From NCBI GenBank assembly GCA_965199495.1, contig CBDASK010000003.1, forward strand, positions 1,472,001 through 1,536,000: 64,000 nucleotides of DNA, read 5' to 3'. Under the pieces are notes generated by a model, which saw only the letters and a list, made by a program, of their open reading frames with translations, did not search any database and was not told the origin of the DNA. The position numbers were made by a program, and so were the translations under genes. Below, one piece after another: positions 1 through 10,065 of this stretch. Source of the stretch: Abditibacterium sp. (GTDB lineage: Bacteria; Armatimonadota; Abditibacteriia; Abditibacteriales; Abditibacteriaceae). The stretch's first letter is position 1. Every line of letters begins with the position of its first letter.

Positions 1-1230
1 CGGCTCGGCGGTCAAACCGGTCACTTCGACGTAGCGGAAACCGTGAAAAGTAAAGCGCGGCTCCCACGTCTCTTCGCCGTCGCCGCGCAGCGTGTAATGG
101 TTGGTCTGCTCGGCGGCTTGGCCGCGCAGGTTCGCCGTATAAATCGGGCCGGATGTGGCGAGCGGGCCGTCCGCCAACATTTCGGCGAAGCGAAATTTGA
201 GCGTCTGCCCGGCCTCGCCGCTCACTTTGATATGAATGCGCCCGACCATGTTCTGGCCCATATCGAAAATCACCGACGCGCCGTGGCTGTGCGTGCCAAT
301 CGGCTTGATTTCCTGCGCTTTAACAATCGGCGGCGATAAAGGCGCGCTGATTTCAATATCGGGTTGGGGCGCGACAAGCGCCGCGCGCCAATTGTCGGGC
401 GCAAAACCGGGCGCGCTCCAACCGTCGAACTGCAAACGCGCGTCGAAGTCTTCGCCGATGAGCAAATCGGCGCTTAAAATCGGGCCGTAAGAAAACTGCC
501 AACTGCTATCGCTGGAGATAATCTGGCGTGAACCGTCAGCGAACTCGATTTCGAGTTGGCCGCAAAAGTTCGGTTTGGCGCCATAATTCTGGCGGCGCCG
601 CCAACCGATATGCCCGCAATACCAACCGTCGCCCAACACGGCGCCCAACACGTTTTCGCCTTGTTTTAATAGCGCGGTCACATCGTAGGTTTGATAATCG
701 AGACGCACATGGTAATCCGTCCAGCCGGGCGCCAAAACCTGCGCGCCGACTTTGCGCCCGTTGATTTCGCATTCGTAAACGCCCAGCGCCGTCGCGTAAA
801 GTCGCGCGCGTTTAATCGGTTGCGAAACTTCAAAACCGCGTCGCAAAAACGGCGAGGGCATCGGATTGTGCGGGCCGCCGACCAAATCGCCGCCGATAAA
901 TTGAGCTTGCCAGTCGTCGCGCTCTAAAAGTCCCATTTCCCAGAACGCCTCGTCGCTACGCGTTTTGGCGCCGGTTTCGTCCTCGACTTCGACGCTCCAA
1001 ACAACGCGTTGGCGCGAAGTTAAAGCCGGGCCGTCGTATTCGATTTGCGTGGACTGCGCCGACTCGACGCGACCCGAATCCCAACCGTTATCGGTCGTGA
1101 CGCGATAGGCGACTTGGCGAGCGCCCGCGCGTTCGGTTTGCATTTGCCAGAAAAAACGGGGACGCGTGACACCCAAACCCAGCGGGTTTTCGAGGTATTC
1201 GCAGCGCAGACGATGGATTTGTAGGGACAT
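1..1230 (-). CDS. Alpha-L-rhamnosidase (GH78), N-terminal part; runs off the left edge
   Basis: Not in the ORF track (no stop in the window). Manual translation from ATG at 1230: MSLQIHRLRCEYLENPLGLG..PRFFW..ARLYATALGVYE..LAPGWTDY..LGDGWY..FDMGQNMVG, all typical GH78 motifs. Confidence 0.9.
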   Translation of the reverse strand, partial: MSLQIHRLRCEYLENPLGLGVTRPRFFWQMQTERAGARQVAYRVTTDNGWDSGRVESAQSTQIEYDGPALTSRQRVVWSVEVEDETGAKTRSDEAFWEMGLLERDDWQAQFIGGDLVGGPHNPMPSPFLRRGFEVSQPIKRARLYATALGVYECEINGRKVGAQVLAPGWTDYHVRLDYQTYDVTALLKQGENVLGAVLGDGWYCGHIGWRRRQNYGAKPNFCGQLEIEFADGSRQIISSDSSWQFSYGPILSADLLIGEDFDARLQFDGWSAPGFAPDNWRAALVAPQPDIEISAPLSPPIVKAQEIKPIGTHSHGASVIFDMGQNMVGRIHIKVSGEAGQTLKFRFAEMLADGPLATSGPIYTANLRGQAAEQTNHYTLRGDGEETWEPRFTFHGFRYVEVTGLTAEP

Positions 1231-1358
1231 AAAATGGAGAACGAAAACAATTTTAACCCAACTCAAGCCGCGCGTGGGTCTCTGCTCTATGGCAAGCATA
1301 ATTTTGAACAAGCGCGATGATTTGAATGAATCGAGCAAACTAAATTAAATTCGCTTTT

Positions 1359-2054
1359 ATGCAATTCACCCTTCTTCTTTTCGCCACGCTCAAAGACATT
1401 GCGCCCAACGGTCAATTAACCTTGGAAGTGCCCGACGGCGCGCGCGTGGCTGATGTCTGGGACGCCGCGATTGCACGCGCGCCGCAACTGCAAAAGTGGC
1501 GCAATTACGCGCGCATGGCGGTCAACCAAAGCTACGCGCGCGATGACGAAATCGTGCCCGATGGCGCCGAAATCGCGCTAATTCCACCGGTTTCGGGCGG
1601 CGCGTCGGATAGCGAACCGTTTGTTGCGGTGCGCGAAACCGAGCTTTCCCTTGATGAAGTCGTGCGCGCGGTGCAAAGCGAAATGGGCGGCAGAGCGGGC
1701 GCGATTTGCACGTTTCTGGGCGTTGTGCGCTCGAACTCGACCGATCCCGACGGCAATCAACACGACGACATCGAATACTTGGATTACGAAGCCTACGCGC
1801 CGATGGCCGAAAAAGAGTTGCGCGCGATTTGCCAGCACGTCCGCGAAACGTGGGACGGCGCCTGTGCCATCACGCATCGCACCGGACGCTTAAACGTCGG
1901 TGAAGCGAGCGTAGCGATAGCAGCAGCCACGGCGCACCGGGCCGCGAGTTTCGAGGCGTGTCGTTATGCGATTGAGACGCTGAAAAAGCAGGTGCCAGTC
2001 TGGAAAAAAGAAACGGCGAGCGACGGTTTTTGGTGGGTTGAAAGTGCGGGATGA
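1359..2054 (+). CDS. moaDE: Fused molybdopterin synthase MoaD-MoaE (MoaX-like)
   Basis: N-terminal ubiquitin-like domain ending in IPPVSGG, followed in frame by MoaE motifs (GAICTFLGVVR, LDYEAY, HRTG, PVWKKE). Confidence 0.92.
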   Translation: MQFTLLLFATLKDIAPNGQLTLEVPDGARVADVWDAAIARAPQLQKWRNYARMAVNQSYARDDEIVPDGAEIALIPPVSGGASDSEPFVAVRETELSLDEVVRAVQSEMGGRAGAICTFLGVVRSNSTDPDGNQHDDIEYLDYEAYAPMAEKELRAICQHVRETWDGACAITHRTGRLNVGEASVAIAAATAHRAASFEACRYAIETLKKQVPVWKKETASDGFWWVESAG

Positions 2055-2128
2055 GGGGAAACGCACAAATCAGTTCTTCAAAATCCCAAAACAGGAACCC
2101 GCGACATTTCTCAATCGCCGAATCTATT

Positions 2129-2398
2129 ATGTCTAATTCAAACCAAAATCAGCCGAACGCCAGTGTGCCGCGTTGGGAAACATGGACGATGATCCTTTCG
2201 TTTGTGGCATTGTGGGTGTGGTTCATCGCGCATCAGAGCGCCGGGCGCGCGGGTCAACCACTTTCGTTGTGGTGGCAAATCCCGCTCGTCGTCAGTCTGG
2301 TATTTTTAATCTGGATTTTCGTGCGCCGCACGCGACGCGCGATGGCTGGAATTAAAGCTGTTAGTCCGGCGCGGCGCGGGCGTCCGGGGCAAAATTAA
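2129..2398 (+). CDS. Small membrane protein, two predicted TM helices
   Basis: Hydrophobic stretches and a basic tail; start probably ATG 2129 (track start 2051). Confidence 0.65.
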   Translation: MSNSNQNQPNASVPRWETWTMILSFVALWVWFIAHQSAGRAGQPLSLWWQIPLVVSLVFLIWIFVRRTRRAMAGIKAVSPARRGRPGQN

Positions 2399-2403
2399 AA
2401 ACC

Positions 2404-2438
2404 AAAAGCCGTCGCTCTATTTCGAGCGACGGCTTTTT
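2404..2438. terminator. Bidirectional intrinsic terminator
   Basis: AAAAGCCGTCGCTC-tatttc-GAGCGACGGCTTTTT between convergent genes. Confidence 0.85.
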
Positions 2439-2441
2439 GCA

Positions 2442-2567
2442 TTATTTAGCTTCGGGTTTCCAGCCGCGATCCATGATCACGGTTTTGAGAATTCCGGCGG
2501 CGATCACGACGAAAGCCGAAACGAAAAAATAGAGCCACGAGCGCGTGCTTTTATCCAAATCTTCCAT
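2442..2567 (-). CDS. 41-aa single-TM small protein
   Basis: Below the ORF-track cutoff. MEDLDKSTRSWLYFFVSAFVVIAAGILKTVIMDRGWKPEAK*, with AAGGAAG RBS upstream and a terminator directly downstream. Confidence 0.65.
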   Translation of the reverse strand: MEDLDKSTRSWLYFFVSAFVVIAAGILKTVIMDRGWKPEAK

Positions 2568-2644
2568 GAGTTTGCACTTCCTTAATTAAATTTTTCGGTC
2601 GCTGCATTCAACGCTTCGATGGCAACGGCGCTCACGCGTTGTTC

Positions 2645-3286
2645 TCATAACTCTGTGCGCTTTGTTTGCCAAGGCAATTGGCGCGCCGATGACGTGTCAT
2701 CGGCGAATTTTGGTAACCGCGTTTCTTCGTCGTAAAAGGCGCTTTCGATTTGCTCGCGCCGCAGATGGCGCGCGCCCGATAAATCGGCACCGCGCAAATC
2801 AGCGTTATCCAGATTGGCGCGTTGCAAATTGGTCTGCCACAGCCACGCGCCGCGTAAATTGGCGCCATCCAACAGCGCGCCTTCCAAATCGCAATCGTAG
2901 AGCAGCGCGCCCGCGAAGCGAGCGCCGGGCAAAAACGCGCCGCGCAGCGCAATGCCGTGCAAATCGAGCGGCGCGACTTTTTCCGCGCGCTTCATGCGCC
3001 CCAACACCGCCAGCGCCGCTTGAACATCGCCCGGCACGCGCGTGTGAGCAGCCACGCCGAGTTCCGAACGCGCGCCACCCGCGCGTCGCCGCACGAGGGC
3101 CGCCAGAATTTCGCTGGCACTTTCGCTCGCGTTCGCGTCGCGGCGCACCAACGATTCCAACGCGTAAATGCCCGCCGCACGAGTCGAGATTTCTTCGCTT
3201 TCCAGCAGTTCGAGCGCGCCGCTCAATACGCCGAAATGCGCGCGCGCCCGCGTGCGTTGCGCCAAGGGAGAAAGAGATTGAGACAT
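2645..3286 (-). CDS. Pentapeptide repeat protein
   Basis: RAAGIYALE motif plus A(D/N)LxGA repeats; paralog of 3312-4313. Confidence 0.85.
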   Translation of the reverse strand: MSQSLSPLAQRTRARAHFGVLSGALELLESEEISTRAAGIYALESLVRRDANASESASEILAALVRRRAGGARSELGVAAHTRVPGDVQAALAVLGRMKRAEKVAPLDLHGIALRGAFLPGARFAGALLYDCDLEGALLDGANLRGAWLWQTNLQRANLDNADLRGADLSGARHLRREQIESAFYDEETRLPKFADDTSSARQLPWQTKRTEL

Positions 3287-3311
3287 AATTAATTTGCTGA
3301 TCCGCCAGTTT

Positions 3312-4313
3312 TCAAGCGCGCATTGAAGGCAATTTCAAATTTTCGGCACTGGCGCTGGCGGGCACATCTTTGGGCGCTCCGTTAGACGAATTTTTGGGCG
3401 ATGCGGCACTCACTTTGGCGGCGCTGGCCTGCGCCATAGCGCGCAGGTGCGGCGGAAATTTGGTCGCACCGTCGCATTGCGCGCCCTTCAACTGCGTTGG
3501 TGTCAAGCCAGAAACGCCGGTCAAGTCAGCGCCTTGCAATTGGGCGCCTTCGAGCGTGGCGTCGGTTAAGTCGGCGTTCCACAGGCGAGCGCCGCGCAAG
3601 TTGGCACCTTGCAAAATCGCGCCCTGCAAATTGGTCTGATACAAAAAGGCGCCCGCCAGATTGGCGCCCGGCAAATAAACCCGCGCCAGCGAAATCGCGT
3701 GCAAATCAATGTGGCCCTCGCTCGGATCGAACGCGGCGTGGCGACGCCCGATGACGGTGGCAATCGCCTGCAAATCGGCGGGCAGATGCGCGGCGACGGT
3801 TTCGCCCGCGATCCACGCGGCGTGATCGCGCAGCGTCGCCGCCAAAACTTCCATGATCGGCCCGTGATCGCTTTCCGATTCGCGCGCCAAGCGTTCGAGC
3901 GCGTAAACGCCGCCCAATCGAACTTCCAATTGCGACGAAGCCAAGAGCGCCATCGCCGCCGCGTAACGCTGGGTTTCGCCCGCCTGCGCCGCGAAAAACG
4001 TGGTGCGCTCGGCAGCCGCCAAGGTCAAGGCCGAATTTTCGATAACCGTGCCCAAACCCTGCAAATAACGCCAGACCGTCGTCGCGCCCCAGAAGATGAA
4101 AATGGCTTCGGCCACGCGCGTCAATGAATCGCGGAGGGCGCTTTCGGCCATCAACCGCGCGGCGGGCGCCAGCTTTTCGCCCGCGACCAAAACGTGCGGC
4201 AAAACCCACCACACAAGCAACAACAGCGCACCGCCGCCTATCAGAAAAGCCAGCCCATTTTGAGATTTATTTGGTGCCACGAAATCGGGCCGTTCCGATG
4301 AAGACGAGTTCAT
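3312..4313 (-). CDS. Membrane-anchored pentapeptide repeat protein
   Basis: Two N-terminal TM segments, RLGGVYALERLA motif, ANLxGA repeats. Confidence 0.87.
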   Translation of the reverse strand: MNSSSSERPDFVAPNKSQNGLAFLIGGGALLLLVWWVLPHVLVAGEKLAPAARLMAESALRDSLTRVAEAIFIFWGATTVWRYLQGLGTVIENSALTLAAAERTTFFAAQAGETQRYAAAMALLASSQLEVRLGGVYALERLARESESDHGPIMEVLAATLRDHAAWIAGETVAAHLPADLQAIATVIGRRHAAFDPSEGHIDLHAISLARVYLPGANLAGAFLYQTNLQGAILQGANLRGARLWNADLTDATLEGAQLQGADLTGVSGLTPTQLKGAQCDGATKFPPHLRAMAQASAAKVSAASPKNSSNGAPKDVPASASAENLKLPSMRA

Positions 4314-4370
4314 TGCCCTTACGCCATCAATAAACTGGCCTTTAATCCGATTCTTTTACAAATTTGGAAT

Positions 4371-4790
4371 TTAAGTCCAAGTTTCGGGACGGCATACCAG
4401 AACTTCAATCGAGGTTTGCTCGAACAAACGCGTGACCGTATCGCGCGCGCGGCTCACCACATCTTTGAGGCCGGAATCGGTCGAGAAATTAGAATTCTCG
4501 TCCTCGATCCAATCGGGAATCGGCAGCAAATCGCCCTGAATCGCGCTCAAAACTTCGCCGATAGAAATCTGGTCGGGGCTGCGGCTGAGTTTGTAGCCAC
4601 CGCCCTGCCCTTTCTTGGATTCGAGCAGACCATTGCTCTTCAAATCGAGCAAAACCTGTTCGAGATATTTGCGCGGAATCTCGCAATGCGCCGCGATGTC
4701 GCCGATCTGCGCCCGCTCATCGCGCGCGTGAGAACGAATCAGATAAGCCAACGCTTGAAACGCGTATTTAGTCGTGTTGCCGAGGCGCAT
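4371..4790 (-). CDS. Rrf2 family transcriptional regulator
   Basis: TKYAFQALAYL..IPRKYLEQVLLDLK..LESKKGQGGGYKL; start placed at ATG 4790. Confidence 0.9.
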   Translation of the reverse strand: MRLGNTTKYAFQALAYLIRSHARDERAQIGDIAAHCEIPRKYLEQVLLDLKSNGLLESKKGQGGGYKLSRSPDQISIGEVLSAIQGDLLPIPDWIEDENSNFSTDSGLKDVVSRARDTVTRLFEQTSIEVLVCRPETWT

Positions 4791-5194
4791 AATAAAGGAA
4801 CGAGACTCAAAGTTTATCCGCGCGCTGAGATTCGCCAATTTCAAAGGGCGCGAGCCGGGCATTTGAACGTTGCTAAGACGAATTTTTAAAACATTTCCGA
4901 ATTTCACGCGCGAAACCTTTTTTGCTGTGGCCACAGTTTTTGACTTCACCTCACCGGAGTGATAAGATATTCGCGACTGCTTTCCGCTCACAACTCATAT
5001 CTTCGCGATTTCAATCGCGCTTGTCTTCCTCAATTTTGTCGGTAGGAACGAGGGGCGTGCCTTTAATTTAGGGTGAGATTTGTGTTAAAATATCGCGCCC
5101 ATCAGTCGCGATTCCCGTTGTTTTTTGCGAACGATACAGGGAGTCAGGTTTAGGGGAGAAGGTCTTTCGGGGCCATCAATTTTCAGGATTTTCG

Positions 5195-8092
5195 ATGAGA
5201 ACTCGCTTTTCAAGTCAACCAACCATGCGATCTTTGCACACTGCGCCCACCGTTACTTCCGAATCTGCCTCCGCCGATTTATCCGCGTTGCGTCCCTTTG
5301 GGCGCGCGGGCTTTGGCGCGGCCAAGCGATTGACATTGGCTTTAGCAATGAGCGCGCCGTTTTGTGCGGGCGCATTATTGGCCAATCCAGCTCAGGCGGC
5401 GCCCACGGTCGAGAGCGATGAAAATGGGCCGATTGTTCAAATTCTCAAGCCGGGCTACAACGACATTCTCAAGGGCAACTATCGCATCTTGATTCAGGTC
5501 ACGGCGCGCAAATACAATCCCCAGTCGGTCGAGATGTTCATTGACGACGTATCAGCCACGCCGGGGCCGTTGGAAATTTCGAGTTTCGCTTCGTCGTCCT
5601 ACAACTTCGATACGCGCCTGATGACCGATGGCCGTCACAAATTGACGGTGCGCGTGACCGACTCGCAGGGATTCCGTGGCTGGAGCGAAGTCACGGTTTT
5701 CGTCAACAACAAAGGCATCGTTGACGATCAGGCGCCGCAATTGGACTGGAAAGGGATTGAGCCGTTCAAGGAATATTCCGGCCCGATGAAAATCGAAGTG
5801 GATGCCGCCGATAATTTCGGCGTCAAGATGATCCAGATTTCGATTAATCCGGCGGATTCTCCCAACAAACCGGCCTATTCGTGGATGATGAACCAGCCGC
5901 CGTATCGCGTCAATCTCGATACCATCGGCAAAAATATTCCCGACGGTTTGTATATTTTGAAAGCCAAGGGTTTCGACTCGCTCGACCAACAGGGTGAGGC
6001 CAAACCTCTGACCATTGGCATCCTCAATAACGCCATCAACGCCACGCGCGTCGGCGAGATGTTGGACGGCCAGCGCCAGATGGCCGATCTGCTCAAATCA
6101 GAGAAACCCGCAGAAGTCGCGACCGCCAAATCTGCAACGGCCAAAACTTCGGCGCCCGCCAAAGCCGCAGCAACACCCGACAAAGTGACCGCGACCGCCC
6201 CGGTTGCGGCGCCCGCTCCCGAAGCAGCCACGGCGCGCAGTTCGCAGCCAGCGCCGCAAACGCGCGCGGTGCCGCAGAACGCGCCCACGCTCAATATTCC
6301 GCAGCAAACGGCTTCCAATCCCGGCATCCAACTGCCACGCGTGAACGTGCCCGCCGCTCAAACGCCCGCCGCAACAGAGCCAACGCGCATCGCGGAAACG
6401 CGCATCGCGGAAACGCCCATTGCGGAAACGCCCACCCCGGAAGTAGATTCGACTTTAACCGAAGTCGTCCCGAATATTGCCGTTGATGCTGGAGTTGACG
6501 CCGCGCCCACCGAAGTCGAGGCCGCAACTGACGCATCTGCCAACACAACTGAAACGCCCGCGCCGACAAACCAAACGCAAGCCGCGCCAACCGAAACCTT
6601 ACCCGCGCAGACGAACGTTGCGACGGAGAAAGTTTTGGTCGCCGCTTTGCCGGGCGCGCCGATTGGGCGCCGCAACGCGGGCGAGGCCAGCCTGAGCCGC
6701 GCCGCCGCCGTCAATCTGGCGATGACTGCGTCGTCGCAAGTCGCGACGGTTGCCGCCAGCAACACGCGCTCTATGGCGCCGATTGAAGTCGCGCGTTTCG
6801 GTCAGCCACGCTTGCCCGGTCGCATGGTCAGCGATGCGCCGGTGTGGAGCCAGCACCCGCAGAGCGACGAATCGCGTTTGAGCAACGCCGAACTCGTGCG
6901 CACGCGCGCCAACAAAACGCGAGTTTTGAGCGCGGCCCGCTCGATCAATGCGGGAATCGCGACCGCTCCATCCAGCGCGCGTATGCTGCAAACCAGCGCG
7001 CCCACGCTCAGTGAGCGCCCGATTCTGAGCCGCACCATCAGTCCCGAAACGCTGACCGCGCCCGCGTCCAAATTGACGCGCCAAGTGCAAAAGCAGAGCG
7101 CACCTTTGGCGAAAAATGCGCCCGGAGCGGGCACTTTCTCCAAAGCGGTGCCGGTGACTCAGCGCGCCCTACCCATCGCGCCCCACATGGAAAGATTGGC
7201 GCCCGCCCCGGTGGCTGCTTTCGCCAAGACCAATACGCAGGGAGCGACGGACAAAGCCGCCGAACTCGAAGTTGCGCCCACGTTTATCGCCAAAAACACG
7301 GCGAAACCCGCCGCGCAAGCTCCGCAGATGAGCGCGATGTCCGCGCCGCGCATGAGCGAATCGGCGTCGGGATTGGGCGTGCCGTCCAAGCTCTCCAAAG
7401 CCGTCACCCGTCTGGCGGGCAAACAACAGAGCGCTTCAACACCCGCAGCCACGCGCGTCGAATCGCGCAATGGCGAGCGCATCGCGGCGTTGCCGCGTCC
7501 CGGCGCCGTCAACCGCCAGCAGAGCGGCGGCGCGGCCATCGTCGCCATTCCGCTCAACGAACCGTTACAGGTCGCCGATCCGACGATCATGCCGGTGCCC
7601 GCGACCTATCGCGCCGAGCACACCACGACATTGCGGGCCATCGCGGCGCGCTTTGGTTTGCCGGTCGAGTTGGTCGCGATTTCCAACGGTTGGACGAGCG
7701 AAATGAAAGTGACGCGCGGCATGGAAGTCAAACTGCCGCGTCCGCTCGATATTTCGTATAACGGCGTGCCGGTCAAAGGCGACGCGCCTTCGATGCTGGC
7801 GGGCGATACCGCCGTCACGGCGTTTCGCTTTATGTTCGAGAAATCCGGCGGCAAACTGCGCTGGGACGCCACCAACCAGCGCGTCATCGCGACCAAAGAT
7901 GGCCGCGAAATCGTGTTGACCATCGGCTCCGATGTCGCCAAAGTCGGCGACCGCGAAGTCATGATGGAAATCGCCGCGTTCCTGTTTCAAGGCCGCGCGA
8001 TGGTGCCGTTGCGGTTCTTCGAGGAAGGTCTCAACGCGCAGGTCGAATGGAATCCGCAGACGGGCCGTTTGGTCGTCGCGATGGCGGGCTGA
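5195..8092 (+). CDS. Large exported cell-surface protein (Ig-like domains, low-complexity linker, LysM, copper amine oxidase N-terminal-like domain)
   Basis: Signal-like AQA motif; DGRHKLTVRVTD and DGLYILKAKGFD Ig-like segments; TLRAIAARFG LysM; GRAMVPLRFFEEGLNAQVEW domain. Confidence 0.75.
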   Translation: MRTRFSSQPTMRSLHTAPTVTSESASADLSALRPFGRAGFGAAKRLTLALAMSAPFCAGALLANPAQAAPTVESDENGPIVQILKPGYNDILKGNYRILIQVTARKYNPQSVEMFIDDVSATPGPLEISSFASSSYNFDTRLMTDGRHKLTVRVTDSQGFRGWSEVTVFVNNKGIVDDQAPQLDWKGIEPFKEYSGPMKIEVDAADNFGVKMIQISINPADSPNKPAYSWMMNQPPYRVNLDTIGKNIPDGLYILKAKGFDSLDQQGEAKPLTIGILNNAINATRVGEMLDGQRQMADLLKSEKPAEVATAKSATAKTSAPAKAAATPDKVTATAPVAAPAPEAATARSSQPAPQTRAVPQNAPTLNIPQQTASNPGIQLPRVNVPAAQTPAATEPTRIAETRIAETPIAETPTPEVDSTLTEVVPNIAVDAGVDAAPTEVEAATDASANTTETPAPTNQTQAAPTETLPAQTNVATEKVLVAALPGAPIGRRNAGEASLSRAAAVNLAMTASSQVATVAASNTRSMAPIEVARFGQPRLPGRMVSDAPVWSQHPQSDESRLSNAELVRTRANKTRVLSAARSINAGIATAPSSARMLQTSAPTLSERPILSRTISPETLTAPASKLTRQVQKQSAPLAKNAPGAGTFSKAVPVTQRALPIAPHMERLAPAPVAAFAKTNTQGATDKAAELEVAPTFIAKNTAKPAAQAPQMSAMSAPRMSESASGLGVPSKLSKAVTRLAGKQQSASTPAATRVESRNGERIAALPRPGAVNRQQSGGAAIVAIPLNEPLQVADPTIMPVPATYRAEHTTTLRAIAARFGLPVELVAISNGWTSEMKVTRGMEVKLPRPLDISYNGVPVKGDAPSMLAGDTAVTAFRFMFEKSGGKLRWDATNQRVIATKDGREIVLTIGSDVAKVGDREVMMEIAAFLFQGRAMVPLRFFEEGLNAQVEWNPQTGRLVVAMAG
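6382..6433 (+). repeat. In-frame 15-bp tandem repeat, about 3.5 copies (TRIAE/TPIAE)
   Basis: aacgcgcatcgcgga x2 followed by aacgcccattgcgga aacgccc. Confidence 0.8.
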
Positions 8093-8102
8093 GGAGCAAG
8101 AA

Positions 8103-8240
8103 TTCAGGAGACGGGGGACAGAAGACAGAAGTTGAAAATGCCGTAAAATAAAACAAAGCACCCGCCGGAAAGCGGGTGCTTTGTTTTGACTGACAGCGTC
8201 CAAATTCCCGTCTCCTGTTTTCCGTCTCCTGTCTCCTGAA
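8103..8240. repeat. Inverted pair of degenerate heptamer arrays (GGAGACR type) enclosing a terminator
   Basis: ttcaggagacgggggacagaagacagaa ... ttcccgtctcctgttttccgtctcctgtctcctgaa. Confidence 0.7.
8150..8187 (+). terminator. Intrinsic terminator
   Basis: AAAACAAAGCACCCGC-cggaaa-GCGGGTGCTTTGTTTT. Confidence 0.8.
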
Positions 8241-8241
8241 T

Positions 8242-9570
8242 ATGGAATTTTTCGTTTGTAAATTCGGCGGTACTAGCCTGGCCGATGCCGTTCAAATCCG
8301 CAAGGTGCGCGAAATCGTGCGCGCCGATGCGCGCCGCCGCTTTGTTGTGGTTTCGGCGCCGGGCAAGCGCAATTCGGATGATCAGAAAATCACCGATTTG
8401 CTGTTGACCTGCTGGCATTTGGCCGGGCAAAACCTCGATTTTTCGCAGCCGTTGGGCTTGATTCGCCATCGTTACGCGCAAATCGCGATTGACTTAGGCA
8501 TCGAGCCGTTGCTTTATCCGATTGACGAAGCGCAAACCGAATTAGAAAAATTGGCGCGCGGCGAGCATTCTTTGGCCACGCGCGATTGGATGGCGGCGCG
8601 CGGCGAATTTTGTCTGGCCCTGGTTTTGGCCGAGTTCATGGGCGCGCAGTTCGTTCCGGCGGGCGAGTGCATTCGCTTTGACGACGATGGGCATTTGGAC
8701 GAAATTTCTTACGGAAATCTGCGCGCGCGCATGGGCGATACCGAAAAAATTTATGTCGTGCCCGGTTTTTATGGGCGCGATAAACAGGGTTTAATCAAAA
8801 CGTTTGGGCGCGGCGGCAGCGATATTACCGGCGCCGTCGTCGCGCGCGCGGTTGGCGCGCGCGTTTACGAGAATTGGACGGACGTTTCGGGTTTGCTGAT
8901 GGCCGATCCGCGCGTGGTGCCCAACCCTAAACCGATTGGCGAAGTGACCTATCGCGAACTGCGCGAGTTGGCCTATGCGGGCGCGCAGGTCTTGCACGAA
9001 GAGACGGTGTTTCCGGCGAGTGAAGCGGGCATTCCGATTCAAATTCGCAACACCAATGCGCCCGACGACGCGGGCACGCGCATCGTAGCCACGCGCGACG
9101 CCAGCAACGGCGATATCGTCGGAATCGCCGGACAAAAAGGTTTTTGGACGATTTATATCGAGAAAGCGTTGATGAACCAACAGCGCGGATTTGGTCGGCG
9201 CGTGTTGGAAATTCTGGAGAACCACGATATTTCGTTCGAGCATATGCCCTCGGCGATTGATTCGATGTCGGTTGTAATCTCGGACGAACAGTTGAACGGC
9301 AAAGAAGAACAGATCATGCGCGAAATGGAGCGCGTGCTGGAACCGGATCGCATCGAACTGTTGCCCAAAATGGCATTATTGGCGACTGTCGGCGAAGGCA
9401 TGAGCTATCGCGTCGGCGTGGCTGGCACTTTGTTCGATGCGCTACGCGAAGCGAGCGTCAACGTGCGCATGATCACGCAGGGCGCCAGCGAAATCAACAT
9501 CATCGTCGGCGTGGACGAAAGCGATTTCGCGCGGGCCATGAAAGCGATTTACGACGCGTTTGTTGTTTAA
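8242..9570 (+). CDS. lysC: Aspartate kinase
   Basis: KFGGTSLA, VVVSAPGK, TFGRGGSDITG, WTDV motifs; C-terminal ACT domains. Confidence 0.93.
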   Translation: MEFFVCKFGGTSLADAVQIRKVREIVRADARRRFVVVSAPGKRNSDDQKITDLLLTCWHLAGQNLDFSQPLGLIRHRYAQIAIDLGIEPLLYPIDEAQTELEKLARGEHSLATRDWMAARGEFCLALVLAEFMGAQFVPAGECIRFDDDGHLDEISYGNLRARMGDTEKIYVVPGFYGRDKQGLIKTFGRGGSDITGAVVARAVGARVYENWTDVSGLLMADPRVVPNPKPIGEVTYRELRELAYAGAQVLHEETVFPASEAGIPIQIRNTNAPDDAGTRIVATRDASNGDIVGIAGQKGFWTIYIEKALMNQQRGFGRRVLEILENHDISFEHMPSAIDSMSVVISDEQLNGKEEQIMREMERVLEPDRIELLPKMALLATVGEGMSYRVGVAGTLFDALREASVNVRMITQGASEINIIVGVDESDFARAMKAIYDAFVV

Positions 9571-9605
9571 CGAGCGAGCGCATAAGCCACGCCGCCATCC
9601 CTAAA

Positions 9606-10046
9606 ATGACCTACGCTCAACTCGATCATATCGCCGACGCGGTTAATCCTCTGCTGGCGATTGGCATTATTGGAGGCGCGATTTGGTTGGAGCGCGGGCG
9701 CGCATGGAACTTTCTGTTGCGCGCGGCAATCGCTTACTTATTGGTGCAGCAGGGCGCCAAATTAGTTCAAAAACTGGGGCCGTTGGGCCATCATTTTCCC
9801 TCCACGCATTTCGCGGTCGCGCTCTGTTTCGCCACTTTGCTGGCGTTGCTACATCGCAAACTTCTCATCGTCGCCAGCGTCGTGGCTGTGGGCTACGGCG
9901 CGCTGATGTTGTATCAACATTACCACACGCCGCTCGAATTAATTGGCGCGCTTTACGCGATTCCCGTCGCTTATTTTTGTTGGAGTTTCAAACGGCGCTT
10001 AGTGCAAACATCCAGTAAAACTGATACAATTATCAATAAGAGCTAA
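9606..10046 (+). CDS. Membrane protein, PAP2-like
   Basis: Multiple TM segments, FPSTH and HYHT motifs. Confidence 0.6.
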   Translation: MTYAQLDHIADAVNPLLAIGIIGGAIWLERGRAWNFLLRAAIAYLLVQQGAKLVQKLGPLGHHFPSTHFAVALCFATLLALLHRKLLIVASVVAVGYGALMLYQHYHTPLELIGALYAIPVAYFCWSFKRRLVQTSSKTDTIINKS

Positions 10047-10065
10047 TTTTTTATCAACAAATCCC

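Noticed and set aside
43..1348. Several short track ORFs
   Set aside because: Explained by the minus-strand GH78 gene running off the left edge.
8093..8241. Possible lysine riboswitch before aspartokinase
   Set aside because: Only a terminator and heptamer arrays are present; no L-box motifs.
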